A stretch of DNA of 64,000 nucleotides from NCBI GenBank assembly GCA_963771465.1, contig CAVYTU010000014.1, positions 544,001-608,000 on the forward strand. Direction: 5' to 3'. This document shows, piece by piece, positions 18,175 to 28,376 of this stretch. A program made the position numbers and the translations under genes. This DNA is from an uncultured delta proteobacterium (lineage in GTDB: Bacteria > Desulfobacterota > Binatia > UBA9968). Numbering within the stretch: the first letter of the stretch is position 1; each line of letters opens with the position of its first letter. The notes beneath the pieces were generated by a model. The model was not told the DNA's origin, made no database searches, and saw only the letters and a list, made by a program, of their open reading frames with translations.

Positions 18175-19767
18175 ATGCGCTGGCTTACGCCGATGGCGCT
18201 GTTCTTTAGCGCCTTGATGTTTATTGGCGCGACATCAAAAGACTACGGCGTGACGTGGGACGAACCGTCCTACTTTCACGCGACGGATCTACATCTAAAG
18301 TGGCTCGTGGACGCTGGCGGCAATCTAGCAGGCGGGAATTTACGCAAGAGTCTTGATGACGCGAGCATCAAGGCCGCGTGGCATTGGAATCCCTACAACG
18401 TGCCCCATCCGCCGTTTTCACGCATCGTGTCGGCAATCACCAAGAACCTATCAGCCCACATGCTCGATAAATTTTCCGCTTATCGGCTTGCGCCGGCGCT
18501 TTTCTTCGCGGTTCTCGTCACGGTCATTTATTTATGGCTAAATGAATTGTTCGGGCCGACAGCCGGTTTCTTTTCCGCAATCGCGTTGATTCTGATACCA
18601 AACTTATTTGGCTACGCGCACATCGCCGTGACCGATCTGCCACTGGCGGCAATGTGGTTTCTGACCGTCTACTGTTTCTGGAAAGGTCTCGGTGGGTGGC
18701 AGTGGAGTGTCGCACTCGGAGCGGTTTGGGGCTTGGCACTCTCGACCAAGTTTCCAGCATTGTTGATTCCCGTGCCGTTGATTCTCTGGGCGCATCTGTT
18801 TCATCGCGAAAAATACGCCAACAACATATTCGCGCTACTGTTTCTCGCGCCGGTCGTCATGGTCGTGACTCAGCCCTATCTTTGGCATCAGACGGGCTTG
18901 CGAGTCTTGGAGTTTCTCTACGAAGGCATCAGCCGCGGCTACCGGGCGGACGCAAACTTCGCTGTCTTCTTTCTCAACCAAATACTGTCCTCGCAGCAAC
19001 TACCATGGCACTATCCGTTTTACCTCGTTGCAGTAACCACTCCCGAACCGATACTGCTTCTCGCTCTGGTGGGCGCACTCTCGGCAATCTGGCTGCGAGA
19101 GCAACGCGCGACTCTGCTATTGCTGATCTTCAATATGGTTTTCGTGCTGATTTTAGGTTGGCTACCGGGTGCCGTGCTCCACGATGGGATGCGGCAAATG
19201 CTTTCGGCTTTGCCATTTCTCGCGGCACTAGCGGCCGTGGGCTTCTTCGCCGTCACATCCTGGTTACTCATTATGGCGCGACGCTCTGGGGCCTTCCAGA
19301 AAATTGCCAATCTCAATGCTAAAACCACCGCAGCGGTATTTGTGGTTGCCTGCTTCAACCCGCTCCTGGATCTCTATCTCTCGCACCCTTTCCAGCTGAG
19401 TTACTACAACCACTTAGTTGGCGGAATTCGCGGCGCCTACGAGCGCGGGCTGGAAACAACGTATTTCATGGAAGCGATTACGCCACCTTTCCTCCAGATG
19501 CTCAACGAGAAGCTACCCCAAAGCGCAACGGTGAATGCTTCCTTCACCAGCTTCATGTTCGAATTTTATCAAGAAGAAAAGATACTGCGCCGAGATATTC
19601 GTTTTAGCGGCAAGGGACCTTCCGATTTCTATCTTGTGTTTAACCGACGCAGCGCGCTTTCGCCGCCCGACCGTCAGTTGATGCGTAGCGCAGCACGACC
19701 CGCCGAATCGGTCAGTATCGCCGGTGTCCCGTTGATTGCGCTTTTCGATCTCAGAAAGTCGCAATGA
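18175..19767 (+). CDS. GT-C glycosyltransferase (PMT_2/ArnT family); start uncertain
   Basis: TWDE, HPP, TDLP, STKF, multiple TMs, LSYYN..VGG. Confidence 0.82.
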   Translation: MRWLTPMALFFSALMFIGATSKDYGVTWDEPSYFHATDLHLKWLVDAGGNLAGGNLRKSLDDASIKAAWHWNPYNVPHPPFSRIVSAITKNLSAHMLDKFSAYRLAPALFFAVLVTVIYLWLNELFGPTAGFFSAIALILIPNLFGYAHIAVTDLPLAAMWFLTVYCFWKGLGGWQWSVALGAVWGLALSTKFPALLIPVPLILWAHLFHREKYANNIFALLFLAPVVMVVTQPYLWHQTGLRVLEFLYEGISRGYRADANFAVFFLNQILSSQQLPWHYPFYLVAVTTPEPILLLALVGALSAIWLREQRATLLLLIFNMVFVLILGWLPGAVLHDGMRQMLSALPFLAALAAVGFFAVTSWLLIMARRSGAFQKIANLNAKTTAAVFVVACFNPLLDLYLSHPFQLSYYNHLVGGIRGAYERGLETTYFMEAITPPFLQMLNEKLPQSATVNASFTSFMFEFYQEEKILRRDIRFSGKGPSDFYLVFNRRSALSPPDRQLMRSAARPAESVSIAGVPLIALFDLRKSQ

Positions 19768-19827
19768 CGATTTTCAATTCGGCGTAGGCCTAAGGGCATT
19801 CGGTCACATCAAGCCAGTCCCAATCGC

Positions 19828-22242
19828 CTACTCAGCAACCAAAGTTACCGGCCGTTGGGAAATATCAGCCGCGACATTCGCGACACCGGCGCGCCGACGA
19901 AACCAACCAACAAGCGGTACTCCTAACAATAGTCCGGCAGTGCAGAGAGAGATAATCAAACCTACGGTGAAAGATTTAGGTTCGTAAATGAATTCAACCT
20001 TGTGTTTTCCCGCTGGTAATTCGACACCACGAAACAGATAGTTGGCGCGCAAAATTTTCTGCTCCTTGCCATCTACACGAACCTTCCATCCAGGATAGTA
20101 TGCGTCCGTTAACACTAGGATACCGCGTGCGCTCAGCTGCGCATCTATCTGCACCTGATTGTTGCGGTAGAGTTTGATCGTCGCAGCACTCTGGATGACA
20201 TCCTGAGGCCCCAGTTGAACGGGCGCATCGACAATCACATCTCCCAGCGGATCGAAGCTATCACTCGACATCCGTTCCAATGTACTCTTTGGGTTCAGTT
20301 CATAGACCGCACGCGCCGCAACATAAGCTCGTGGCACGGCATCGGTGACCTCGTATAGTTTGGAGTAATGTTCGGGAAATTCTCGCACAAGGTCCAGGCC
20401 TTTCACCTCCAAGGGATGAAAGGCCACGACGTATTTCACATTAACGGCTCCCAGCAGTTTACCACGTCGATCGGCGGGCAAAGCATTGATGAAGTGCAGA
20501 AAGTTCGTATAGCTGCGCCGGCCAAGCGCATCGATATCCTGGAAATATTCAAAGCCGTAGAGCATCCCGGCATTGGGCAACAAATTGTTAAGCGCTATAA
20601 CCGTCGCTTTGTTATAATCTGGACTACCCGTGACTCTCACATAACTCGGGTGCAAATTCTCTCCGGGCGGGTAGTAAAAAAACCGGCTATGATCCGCTGG
20701 GGGCTTGTCCATAATCCGCGGGATATTTTCAATGAGCGTCGCGTCACGGAGAAAATGGAGCGGTTTGTTGGCGCTGCTCAGATCGAAATATACCGCTAGA
20801 ACCAACAAGCATTGCAACAGCGTCTTACGTATAAGGCCGAACCGTTGAAGGCAGAACAGCGTAGCGAGCACCAACGCTACAGCGACCTGTTTCTCAAAAA
20901 TTACTAAGATCGCCGCAATAGTCGTCGGATTGGTTGACGGCGCAATTTGGTTCGGATTCGGCGGCTGCAGCAAGTCCGCGAGCAATTGAGGTTGTACGCG
21001 AAAAGTAACATACGCGATGAGCCATGCCGCAAGTATCGCTGTGGCGATGAGCCAAGGCGAATGAGGATATTCTTTGTCGTCGATTTGCCGCAGCCCACGA
21101 ACGGCTGTAAATACCAAAAGGGCGAAAGTTAGGTAGTAATATTTTTCCGGGAAACGCATCGCACGGAACGCCGGAACCCAATCATAGAGAAAGGGATAGA
21201 CCGGCGTATAACTGCCGAATGCCAACAAAAGCGAACAGCCAACTAGAACCAAAACGACGACGCGTTCTTTCATCCGCACGGTGCGGAACCAGTAGCACAG
21301 AGCGAAAACCGCGATGACACCCATGTAATGACTAAGCAGGAACGGAACGCCTTGACCAAGCAGTGATCGAACTCCAAGCGATAGGGACGTATCGGCTTCG
21401 AGAGTTGGCAAGAAAAGCCCGAGCAAACTCGACGGTCGCAACGACCAGTCAAGCGCCTCCGACGCTGGAATCGGTAGATCTCGACGAGACTGGAGAATCA
21501 GTTCCGCCGTTGGTAACAGTTGAATCATGCCAAGGCCAATGATGATAACACCCGCCCCAAATAAGATAGTTATGCAACGGAACAAAGCATTGATCTCGCG
21601 TTCGCGGTATAAGCGAAGCGTATCCAGCACAATCAAGCCGAGAGACAGCAGAAATATTTCCGGCGAGCCGGCGAGCAGTTGGCAAAGAGAAACAATTGAG
21701 AATGCGACAAAAGCTGTCCATCGCCCGGTTCGCACCGTTCGCTCCCAAAGGTAGATCATCCAAGGAAGCCAGACGGCACTCTGAAAATGATTGAGTAAAT
21801 TGGTCAGCGAAACCATTGTGCCACTAAACGCAAAGAGGATAGCTCCGATGACGGCAACAAATACCTCACACTTCCACGAACGGAACAAAACATAGGTTCC
21901 CAAAGCGGCGACTGCATAGTGGATGACAAAAATGATCTGAACCGCGGCGAAAAACGGTAAAAGATCAAAAGCGAGGGATGGGGGATAGAAAACCGCCGAC
22001 TGCAAGCCTGCCATAATCGGAAAGCCCGACGCCATGCGCCGCTCCCACAGCGGCAGCTCCCCGGCTTTGAACGCTTCAGCGACGCTAAATTTGATCGGGT
22101 AAAAGTAAGAACCTAAGTCACGGAAGAAAGGAATCTTATCGGCAAATATCATTTCGTCGCAGAACCATAGCAGCATGAGCGCAAGGGCGACGATGGCGAA
22201 GCAGTCTGCCAATTTTTCTCTGGCAATCCGGTGAGAGTGCAC
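19828..22242 (-). CDS. YfhO-family GT-C membrane protein
   Basis: RDLGSYFYP, GELPLW...SGFP...FYP, RFPEK, C-terminal YYPGWKVRVDG...RANYLFRGV.LPAGKHKVEF.YEP. Confidence 0.85.
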   Translation of the reverse strand: MHSHRIAREKLADCFAIVALALMLLWFCDEMIFADKIPFFRDLGSYFYPIKFSVAEAFKAGELPLWERRMASGFPIMAGLQSAVFYPPSLAFDLLPFFAAVQIIFVIHYAVAALGTYVLFRSWKCEVFVAVIGAILFAFSGTMVSLTNLLNHFQSAVWLPWMIYLWERTVRTGRWTAFVAFSIVSLCQLLAGSPEIFLLSLGLIVLDTLRLYREREINALFRCITILFGAGVIIIGLGMIQLLPTAELILQSRRDLPIPASEALDWSLRPSSLLGLFLPTLEADTSLSLGVRSLLGQGVPFLLSHYMGVIAVFALCYWFRTVRMKERVVVLVLVGCSLLLAFGSYTPVYPFLYDWVPAFRAMRFPEKYYYLTFALLVFTAVRGLRQIDDKEYPHSPWLIATAILAAWLIAYVTFRVQPQLLADLLQPPNPNQIAPSTNPTTIAAILVIFEKQVAVALVLATLFCLQRFGLIRKTLLQCLLVLAVYFDLSSANKPLHFLRDATLIENIPRIMDKPPADHSRFFYYPPGENLHPSYVRVTGSPDYNKATVIALNNLLPNAGMLYGFEYFQDIDALGRRSYTNFLHFINALPADRRGKLLGAVNVKYVVAFHPLEVKGLDLVREFPEHYSKLYEVTDAVPRAYVAARAVYELNPKSTLERMSSDSFDPLGDVIVDAPVQLGPQDVIQSAATIKLYRNNQVQIDAQLSARGILVLTDAYYPGWKVRVDGKEQKILRANYLFRGVELPAGKHKVEFIYEPKSFTVGLIISLCTAGLLLGVPLVGWFRRRAGVANVAADISQRPVTLVAE

Positions 22243-22304
22243 AATGGGACCGATCAGCGTGTCGAAAAAGTGCCAGGCATTCTCGATTGTAACTGAAAAG
22301 GTAG

Positions 22305-22336
22305 AAAAAAGGGGGCCACTTCGTGCCCCCCTTTTT
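22305..22336 (-). terminator. Bidirectional terminator after pilA
   Basis: AAAAAAGGGGGC-cacttcgt-GCCCCCCTTTTT. Confidence 0.85.
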
Positions 22337-22374
22337 CCACTCGCAAGTTCGAGTCTCTTTAAATCAACCGCTGC

Positions 22375-22764
22375 TTATGGACAACCACCAGATGTACCGG
22401 CGATCTGGCCAGAAACGCTGTTGAAAGTCCAGGTAGCACTACCACAATTCGTATGCGTAGCTGTCATTAGGAAGGTATTGGTGCCGACCGCGCCAGTCAC
22501 CGTAACGCCAGTGGTTGGATTAAATCCCGGAGGGGTACCGGTCGTCATCGTTCCGCCCTTGTACGTCGAATTCGCCGCGAAGTAAGCTTCTTGAGACACT
22601 GCGGCGTTCCTCAAATCGGACTTAACTTGCGCCTCATGACCGCGCTTACGGTACGCCGCGAACTGCGGAATTGCGATCGCCGCCAAGATGCCGATGATCG
22701 CCACGACAACCAACAGCTCGATTAATGTAAAACCACCTTGATTCTGTAAACGTAACTTATTCAT
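22375..22764 (-). CDS. pilA: Type IVa major pilin
   Basis: Class III signal QGG|FTLIELLVVVAIIGILAAIAIPQF; 118-aa mature protein with C-terminal Cys pair. Confidence 0.95.
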   Translation of the reverse strand: MNKLRLQNQGGFTLIELLVVVAIIGILAAIAIPQFAAYRKRGHEAQVKSDLRNAAVSQEAYFAANSTYKGGTMTTGTPPGFNPTTGVTVTGAVGTNTFLMTATHTNCGSATWTFNSVSGQIAGTSGGCP

Positions 22765-22901
22765 CTATTCTCCCTTCCTGTTTGTTTAAGCTTTGATTCT
22801 ATTCCTCAATAATTCTGCCATTGCCAATAAATCGTTGATCCCTTTGAACTGTCACCTCCTAATCAAAATCTAAATCCTCAGCAACCTTGCATCGGCTCGA
22901 T

Positions 22902-22917
22902 CGCAAACTTGAGGCCA
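22902..22917 (-). promoter_or_regulatory. sigma54 (-24/-12) promoter of pilA
   Basis: Minus strand TGGCCTCAAGTTTGCG, exact GG-N10-GC spacing. Confidence 0.7.
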
Positions 22918-23113
22918 TGTTCAGGAGCCAGCGGCAAACCTTGAAAAAACTCGCCAACAGTTCCAATCCTTGCCGAACGCGAACATGGAATCTTAGACTT
23001 TTTAGGTACTTATCGCGCCCCCGAAATAATGGGGTAATGCTGGTAAGATTTGCTGAGATTGAGTGAAGTCCCGGATTGCGTTAATTGGTATTACTCGAAA
23101 GTGACAAAGTTTG

Positions 23114-25165
23114 TTACTGCTGATCCGAGGGTTGTTCAATTAGAGAGGCTGATTTTGAGTTTAGCATTTCGTACTTTTCGAGCCGATGGCGCAGTGAGCG
23201 GTAATTGATACCGAGGATTTCGGCGGCTTTCTTCTGCACCCCCTTTGCGCGTTTCAACGCACCCAAAAGAATGCATTTCTCGTGTGTTTCGAGTTCGACG
23301 TCTAGCGACAGCCCTTTGCTAAAGAAGTAGTCCGCGCCTCCAGGCGCGGTTTGTTCGAAGGTATCTACGTCTTCCATAATCGGGACGGTTTTCACATGCT
23401 GGGGTAAATCGTCTTCGGTTAGGATATTCTTGTTCGTAACAGCAACGGCATGTTCAAGAACATTCTCCAATTCCCGAACATTTCCCGGATACGCGTAATT
23501 CATCAGGTGCATGAGCGCACCGCTGGAAATTTCTTCGACATTTTTGCCGTGCGAGTCAGCGAATTTTTTTAGAAAAAAGTGAGTGAGTAATGGTATATCC
23601 TCTTTTCTACTGCGGAGCGGCGGCAAGACCATCTGGACAACGTTCAAACGATAAAAGAGATCCTCGCGAAATCGTCCTTCTTCGAGTTCTTTACGCAAAT
23701 CGCGATTGGTTGCCGAGATGACTCGGATGTCCACCTTAATTTGCTTGCTGCCACCCACCGGCGTGAAACTCTTTTCTTGGAGAACTCTCAATAATTTGAC
23801 TTGAAGGTGAAGCGGCAGTTCACCGACTTCATCTAGAAATACTGTTCCCTGGTCGGCTTGTTTGAAAAGTCCGGTGTGATCCGAAACCGCGCCGGTAAAG
23901 GCACCTCGAACATGGCCAAAAAGTTCGCTCTCGATCAGCGTCTCGGGAATCGCACCGCAGTTAACAGCGACAAAAGGTTTATCTTGGCGTGGGCCGTTAA
24001 GATGAATTGCGCGCGCCACCAGCTCTTTCCCTGTACCGCTTTCGCCGGAGATGAGAACGTTGGTGCTACTCGCCGCGACTTTCTGGATTAATTGATAAAT
24101 CTTCTCGATACCACCATTCTTGCCAATGACTCCTTCAAAGCGAAATGCGGAGTTATCACCGTTCATGGAAAGCGTCGGCAATGGCACTTCTCTGGCTCGG
24201 CGTAGTTCTTCCTCAAGCCGGACCTTCTCTTCGATTTGTTTCTGTTTGGTAATGTCTTCAAGAATTGCGACGAAGCCGATGGTTTCCTCTTGGGCGTTAC
24301 TGAGGGGTGCGAGGGTTAGACGTATCTGCTTCTGAACTCCCTGGGGTGCGGAAAACGGCAACTCGTCGGTTATAACGGTCCCGACTCTACGGTTGCGTTG
24401 AAAGTCATAGCTCAAACCCGGAAAAATTTGATCTATACGCTTGCCTTTAACGTTTGCTTCGTCAAGTCCGGTTAGGGTCTGTGCATGTGGGTTGAAAAAA
24501 TTTATTTGTCCTTCCGCGGTCGTGATAGCTACACCGCTGCCGATTCCCTGCAACAACGCATCTTTGAAGGCGTCCAACTCTAAATAGTCAATTTGTTTTT
24601 CTTTTAGCAGCTTTTCAGTTGCGCTTAGTTTGTCTGCGAGAAAGCCGCTCAACCACGCGATGACGAAAAAACTGCCGACATTGAGCACCACGGTAACGAT
24701 CGGCGACCAATAAAGCGGTGCGCCGTCGCCAGCGTGATACCAATAACGCGACCACAAAAGTAAGGCGGTGTAACAAACACTCGAGCTCGCCGCAGCGATA
24801 AACGCGCCTCGGTAGAAGAGCAAGATCGCAGCGTTCATCACCGCGAGGTTATAGAGGAATGAAAACGGACTGGCGATATCGCCGGTGATCCAGATAATCC
24901 CCGTGATTAGCAATACATCAAAACTCACTTGAACATGAGCTAAGAGCCGGAGATTGTGAAACCTAGCTAAGAACAATACCGAGGCAACCGAGATGACGTA
25001 GGCGAGAATCAGCGGCACCGAAAGATTTAGAAGATAATTCAGATCCCACTCGGCTTGGAAGAAATGAAAAAGCGCCGATGCGCCCAAAAAGAATGACAAG
25101 ATGACTACGCGCAGAAGCAGCAGCCAACGAATCTTCTCGGTCAAATTTATGCGTTCGTCGCTCAA
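23114..25165 (-). CDS. Membrane-bound sigma54 activator: PilS-like TM + PAS fused to PilR-like AAA+ and Fis HTH
   Basis: WLLLLRVV...[12 protein letters not shown] (PilS N-term), PAS ([11 protein letters not shown]...EDIT), [57 protein letters not shown]; start uncertain (TTG 25165). Confidence 0.88.
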   Translation of the reverse strand: MSDERINLTEKIRWLLLLRVVILSFFLGASALFHFFQAEWDLNYLLNLSVPLILAYVISVASVLFLARFHNLRLLAHVQVSFDVLLITGIIWITGDIASPFSFLYNLAVMNAAILLFYRGAFIAAASSSVCYTALLLWSRYWYHAGDGAPLYWSPIVTVVLNVGSFFVIAWLSGFLADKLSATEKLLKEKQIDYLELDAFKDALLQGIGSGVAITTAEGQINFFNPHAQTLTGLDEANVKGKRIDQIFPGLSYDFQRNRRVGTVITDELPFSAPQGVQKQIRLTLAPLSNAQEETIGFVAILEDITKQKQIEEKVRLEEELRRAREVPLPTLSMNGDNSAFRFEGVIGKNGGIEKIYQLIQKVAASSTNVLISGESGTGKELVARAIHLNGPRQDKPFVAVNCGAIPETLIESELFGHVRGAFTGAVSDHTGLFKQADQGTVFLDEVGELPLHLQVKLLRVLQEKSFTPVGGSKQIKVDIRVISATNRDLRKELEEGRFREDLFYRLNVVQMVLPPLRSRKEDIPLLTHFFLKKFADSHGKNVEEISSGALMHLMNYAYPGNVRELENVLEHAVAVTNKNILTEDDLPQHVKTVPIMEDVDTFEQTAPGGADYFFSKGLSLDVELETHEKCILLGALKRAKGVQKKAAEILGINYRSLRHRLEKYEMLNSKSASLIEQPSDQQ

Positions 25166-25217
25166 AGTGAGTAGTTTGTTTAACGTCGGTTCGCAATTCG
25201 GTGAATCGGTATCAGCA

Positions 25218-26444
25218 TCAGTTGCCAACGAGCGATCCCATTTGGAAAATTGGCAGATACATGGCGACGACCAAGCCACCAAGAACGACGCCTAAAACAA
25301 CCATGATCGCCGGCTCCATCATGGCGGTCAAATTGTTGACCGCGTCGTCGACCTCTTCTTCGTAAAGCTCGGCGACTTTCTTAAGCATCCCGTCGAGCCC
25401 GCCGGTGCTTTCTCCGACAGCGACCATCTGGCAGACCAGCGGCGGAAAAATTTTACTTTCCCTCAGCGGATCGGCCACCGTATTCCCTTTACTAATGCTT
25501 ACTCGGCTCTCCATGATCGCTTTCTCGACAACTTTGTTGCCGGCCGTTCTACCGGTGATCGCCAACCCGTCCAGGATAGGCACGCCGGAACTCAGCAATA
25601 GCGACATGTTTTGGGAAAAACGTGCCACCGCCACTTTCCTCAACAAATCGCCGATGATCGGCATCCGTAAGAGCAGGCCGTCAATCTGCATGCGCCCCGG
25701 GGGCGTTTTATAATAGGCGGAGATCCCCATCGTCACGCCAACCCCAGCCGCGATCAATAGATACCAATAGGCGACAAACCAGTTACTAATATTGATGCAT
25801 ATCTGGGTCGGCGCCGGCAGCGCCTGACCCATGCTGCCGTAGAGTTCGGCAAAAACGGGAATGACAAAAATCATCAGAACCGCGACGACTATCACCGCCA
25901 CACCGACGATGGCGCAAGGATAGATCATCGCGCCTTTGACTTTCTTTTTCAGCCGATTGGATTTTTCGATGAACAAAGCGACCCGGTTGAGAATGGTATT
26001 CAGGATACCGCCGGCTTCGCCGGCCTCAACCATGTTGACGTAAAGATCGTCAAAAATTTTAGGATGTTTGCGCAAGGCATCCGCCAGTGTGCAACCTCCC
26101 TCGACATCCTTGCGGACAGTCGTCAGCGTGTTACGCAGCAACTTGTTTTCTGACTGTTGTCCTAAGATATCCAAGCATTGCACGATCGGCAGACCGGCGT
26201 CGATCATCGTGGCCAATTGGCGGGTCGCTAAGGAGAGATCTTTGGTCGTAACCTTGGCGCCGAAACCGGGAATCGTTATCTCTTTATCAAATCCTTTGCC
26301 TTTTTCCCGAACCCGATTTGCGATCGGGCGTATCCTTTGTTCCCGCAAGCGCGTGAGCGCCGCTTCTACACTTGGTGCCTCGAGGTTATCGCCTTTGATC
26401 AGTCGCCCTTGTGCGGTCCTGCCTTCCCAAACAAATATAGCCAT
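25218..26444 (-). CDS. pilC: Type IV pilus platform protein PilC
   Basis: TRQLATMIDAGLP, AGEAGG, KVKGAMIYP, VGESTG, MEP, MYLPIF. Confidence 0.95.
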   Translation of the reverse strand: MAIFVWEGRTAQGRLIKGDNLEAPSVEAALTRLREQRIRPIANRVREKGKGFDKEITIPGFGAKVTTKDLSLATRQLATMIDAGLPIVQCLDILGQQSENKLLRNTLTTVRKDVEGGCTLADALRKHPKIFDDLYVNMVEAGEAGGILNTILNRVALFIEKSNRLKKKVKGAMIYPCAIVGVAVIVVAVLMIFVIPVFAELYGSMGQALPAPTQICINISNWFVAYWYLLIAAGVGVTMGISAYYKTPPGRMQIDGLLLRMPIIGDLLRKVAVARFSQNMSLLLSSGVPILDGLAITGRTAGNKVVEKAIMESRVSISKGNTVADPLRESKIFPPLVCQMVAVGESTGGLDGMLKKVAELYEEEVDDAVNNLTAMMEPAIMVVLGVVLGGLVVAMYLPIFQMGSLVGN

Positions 26445-26523
26445 GGTCGTCTCTGGCCGAATGTTATCTAAGTTCAAAAGCTTTGAGCATTATGAGGTTA
26501 GGATCCAACGAATGTCCACAATA

Positions 26524-28257
26524 TTAGAATCCCAACGAAAACACCGAACCAAATCCTTTATCCGTATCGGTAACTCGGATCGTTTCATCGACGGTCGTCA
26601 TGCCATCGCGCACTTTTTGTAAGGCGCTCATCCGTAGCGTGCTCATGCCAAGCTTGACCGCTTCGCGTTTGAGCTCCATCGCCGAGGCGCCTTTGAGAAT
26701 CAGTTCCTTAATAGCTTCGTGCATGACCATAACTTCGTATATTGCCAATCGGCCGCGGTAACCGGTGCCACCACAATTATTACAGCCGCGGCCGTGAAAT
26801 GTCGCAAATCCAGCACCTATATCTGCCGTATCCACGCCAAGGTTGATCAATACTTCAGGCTTAATATCGATGGGCTCTTTGCACTTGTCGCAGATTTTTC
26901 TGACCAATCGCTGGGCGAGGATTAAATTTATCGAGGACGTCAGGAGAAACGTCTCCACGCCCATGTTGATGAGACGATCGACAGTCGCCGGGCAGTCATT
27001 CGTATGCAAGGTGCTGAGCACCAGATGACCCGTTAGCGCCGCCTTAATCGCGATCTGCGCGGTCTCTAAATCGCGAACTTCGCCGACCATGATGATGTCT
27101 GGATCTTGGCGCAAGAAAGATCGCAACGCTGCAGCAAAGTTAAGCCCTATTTGTTCTCGCACCTGAACCTGATTGATACCCATCAGATTGTATTCGACCG
27201 GATCCTCCGCCGTAGAAATATTCACATCAGGCTTGTTGAGATCGGATAGGGCAGAATAGAGAGTGGTCGACTTACCGCTACCTGTGGGCCCAGTAATAAG
27301 TATCATGCCGTAAGGCTTATGAATCGCGTCCTGAAAATCTTTCAGATTTTGCGGATCGAAGCCAAGTTTCGACATATCCAGTTGAAGATTGGACTTGTCC
27401 AACAATCGCATCACGACTTTTTCGCCGAAAAGTGTGGGCAAGACCGAAACGCGAACGTCCAATTCGCCGCCGGTGCCCATCTTAAGCTTGATGCGACCAT
27501 CTTGGGTAAGTCGTCGCTCGGCAATATCAAGACTGGCCATGACCTTTAACCGGGACACTAACGCGTTCTTTAAACGCAATGGCGGGCTCATGATCTCTTG
27601 GAGCACGCCATCAATGCGGAATCGCACGCGGAATACTTTCTCGTAAGGTTCTATATGAATATCGCTACAGCGGCGCTTGGCGGCGTCCGCCAAGATAGCG
27701 TTGACCAAAGTCACAACGGGTGCGTCCATGGTGGCCCGCTGCAGCTCTTGGAGGTCGACGTCGTCGTTTCCTTGGACGACCTCCATCTCTCCATCGCCAA
27801 ATTTCTTTAGAACGTCATCGTAACTAACTCCACCGAAACGATGTTCAAGCGTCTTTTTGATACCAGCCGGCGTGCTAAGAACGATACGCACGCCGTAACC
27901 CGTGACGAACTTAACTTCATTGACCGCCACCAAATCAGTTGGATCGGCCATCGCAACGGTCAAAGTTGAGCCGAGGAGTTTGTAAGGAATGACTTGGTGC
28001 TTTTGAACAATTTGCGGCGGGACTAAGCTAAAAACTGCCTCCTCAATATCGCCAGGAACAAGCTCGATAGTTTCTATACCGAACTGTCTAGCTAGGAAGT
28101 TGGTTAATGTCTCTTCATTGGTGAAACCTAAGCGAACAATCTCTTTCGGGACGCTTGAGCCATTTTCACGTTCACTTTTTTGCGCTTCTATAAGTTGCTC
28201 GCGGGTGACGATACCCCCGCGAACTAAGAGTTCAGCAAATCTCGGTTCCATAGGCAA
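26524..28257 (-). CDS. pilB: Type IV-A pilus assembly ATPase PilB
   Basis: MshEN-like N-terminus, SDIHIEP, GPTGSGKSTT, LRQDPD, TGHLVLSTLH, tetracysteine motif. Confidence 0.95.
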   Translation of the reverse strand: MPMEPRFAELLVRGGIVTREQLIEAQKSERENGSSVPKEIVRLGFTNEETLTNFLARQFGIETIELVPGDIEEAVFSLVPPQIVQKHQVIPYKLLGSTLTVAMADPTDLVAVNEVKFVTGYGVRIVLSTPAGIKKTLEHRFGGVSYDDVLKKFGDGEMEVVQGNDDVDLQELQRATMDAPVVTLVNAILADAAKRRCSDIHIEPYEKVFRVRFRIDGVLQEIMSPPLRLKNALVSRLKVMASLDIAERRLTQDGRIKLKMGTGGELDVRVSVLPTLFGEKVVMRLLDKSNLQLDMSKLGFDPQNLKDFQDAIHKPYGMILITGPTGSGKSTTLYSALSDLNKPDVNISTAEDPVEYNLMGINQVQVREQIGLNFAAALRSFLRQDPDIIMVGEVRDLETAQIAIKAALTGHLVLSTLHTNDCPATVDRLINMGVETFLLTSSINLILAQRLVRKICDKCKEPIDIKPEVLINLGVDTADIGAGFATFHGRGCNNCGGTGYRGRLAIYEVMVMHEAIKELILKGASAMELKREAVKLGMSTLRMSALQKVRDGMTTVDETIRVTDTDKGFGSVFSLGF

Positions 28258-28274
28258 ATAACAAAAGGTAACAA

Positions 28275-28303
28275 ATTATCGTCGATCACCTAGTGACTGT
28301 CAA
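28275..28303 (-). promoter_or_regulatory. sigma70 promoter of pilB
   Basis: Minus strand TTGACA-N17-GATAAT. Confidence 0.6.
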
Positions 28304-28376
28304 CAAAATGTCCACAAACTGACAGCTACAACGATTAGTTGCGACGGTATGATGGTTGCTGAAATTGATCGTTTTT

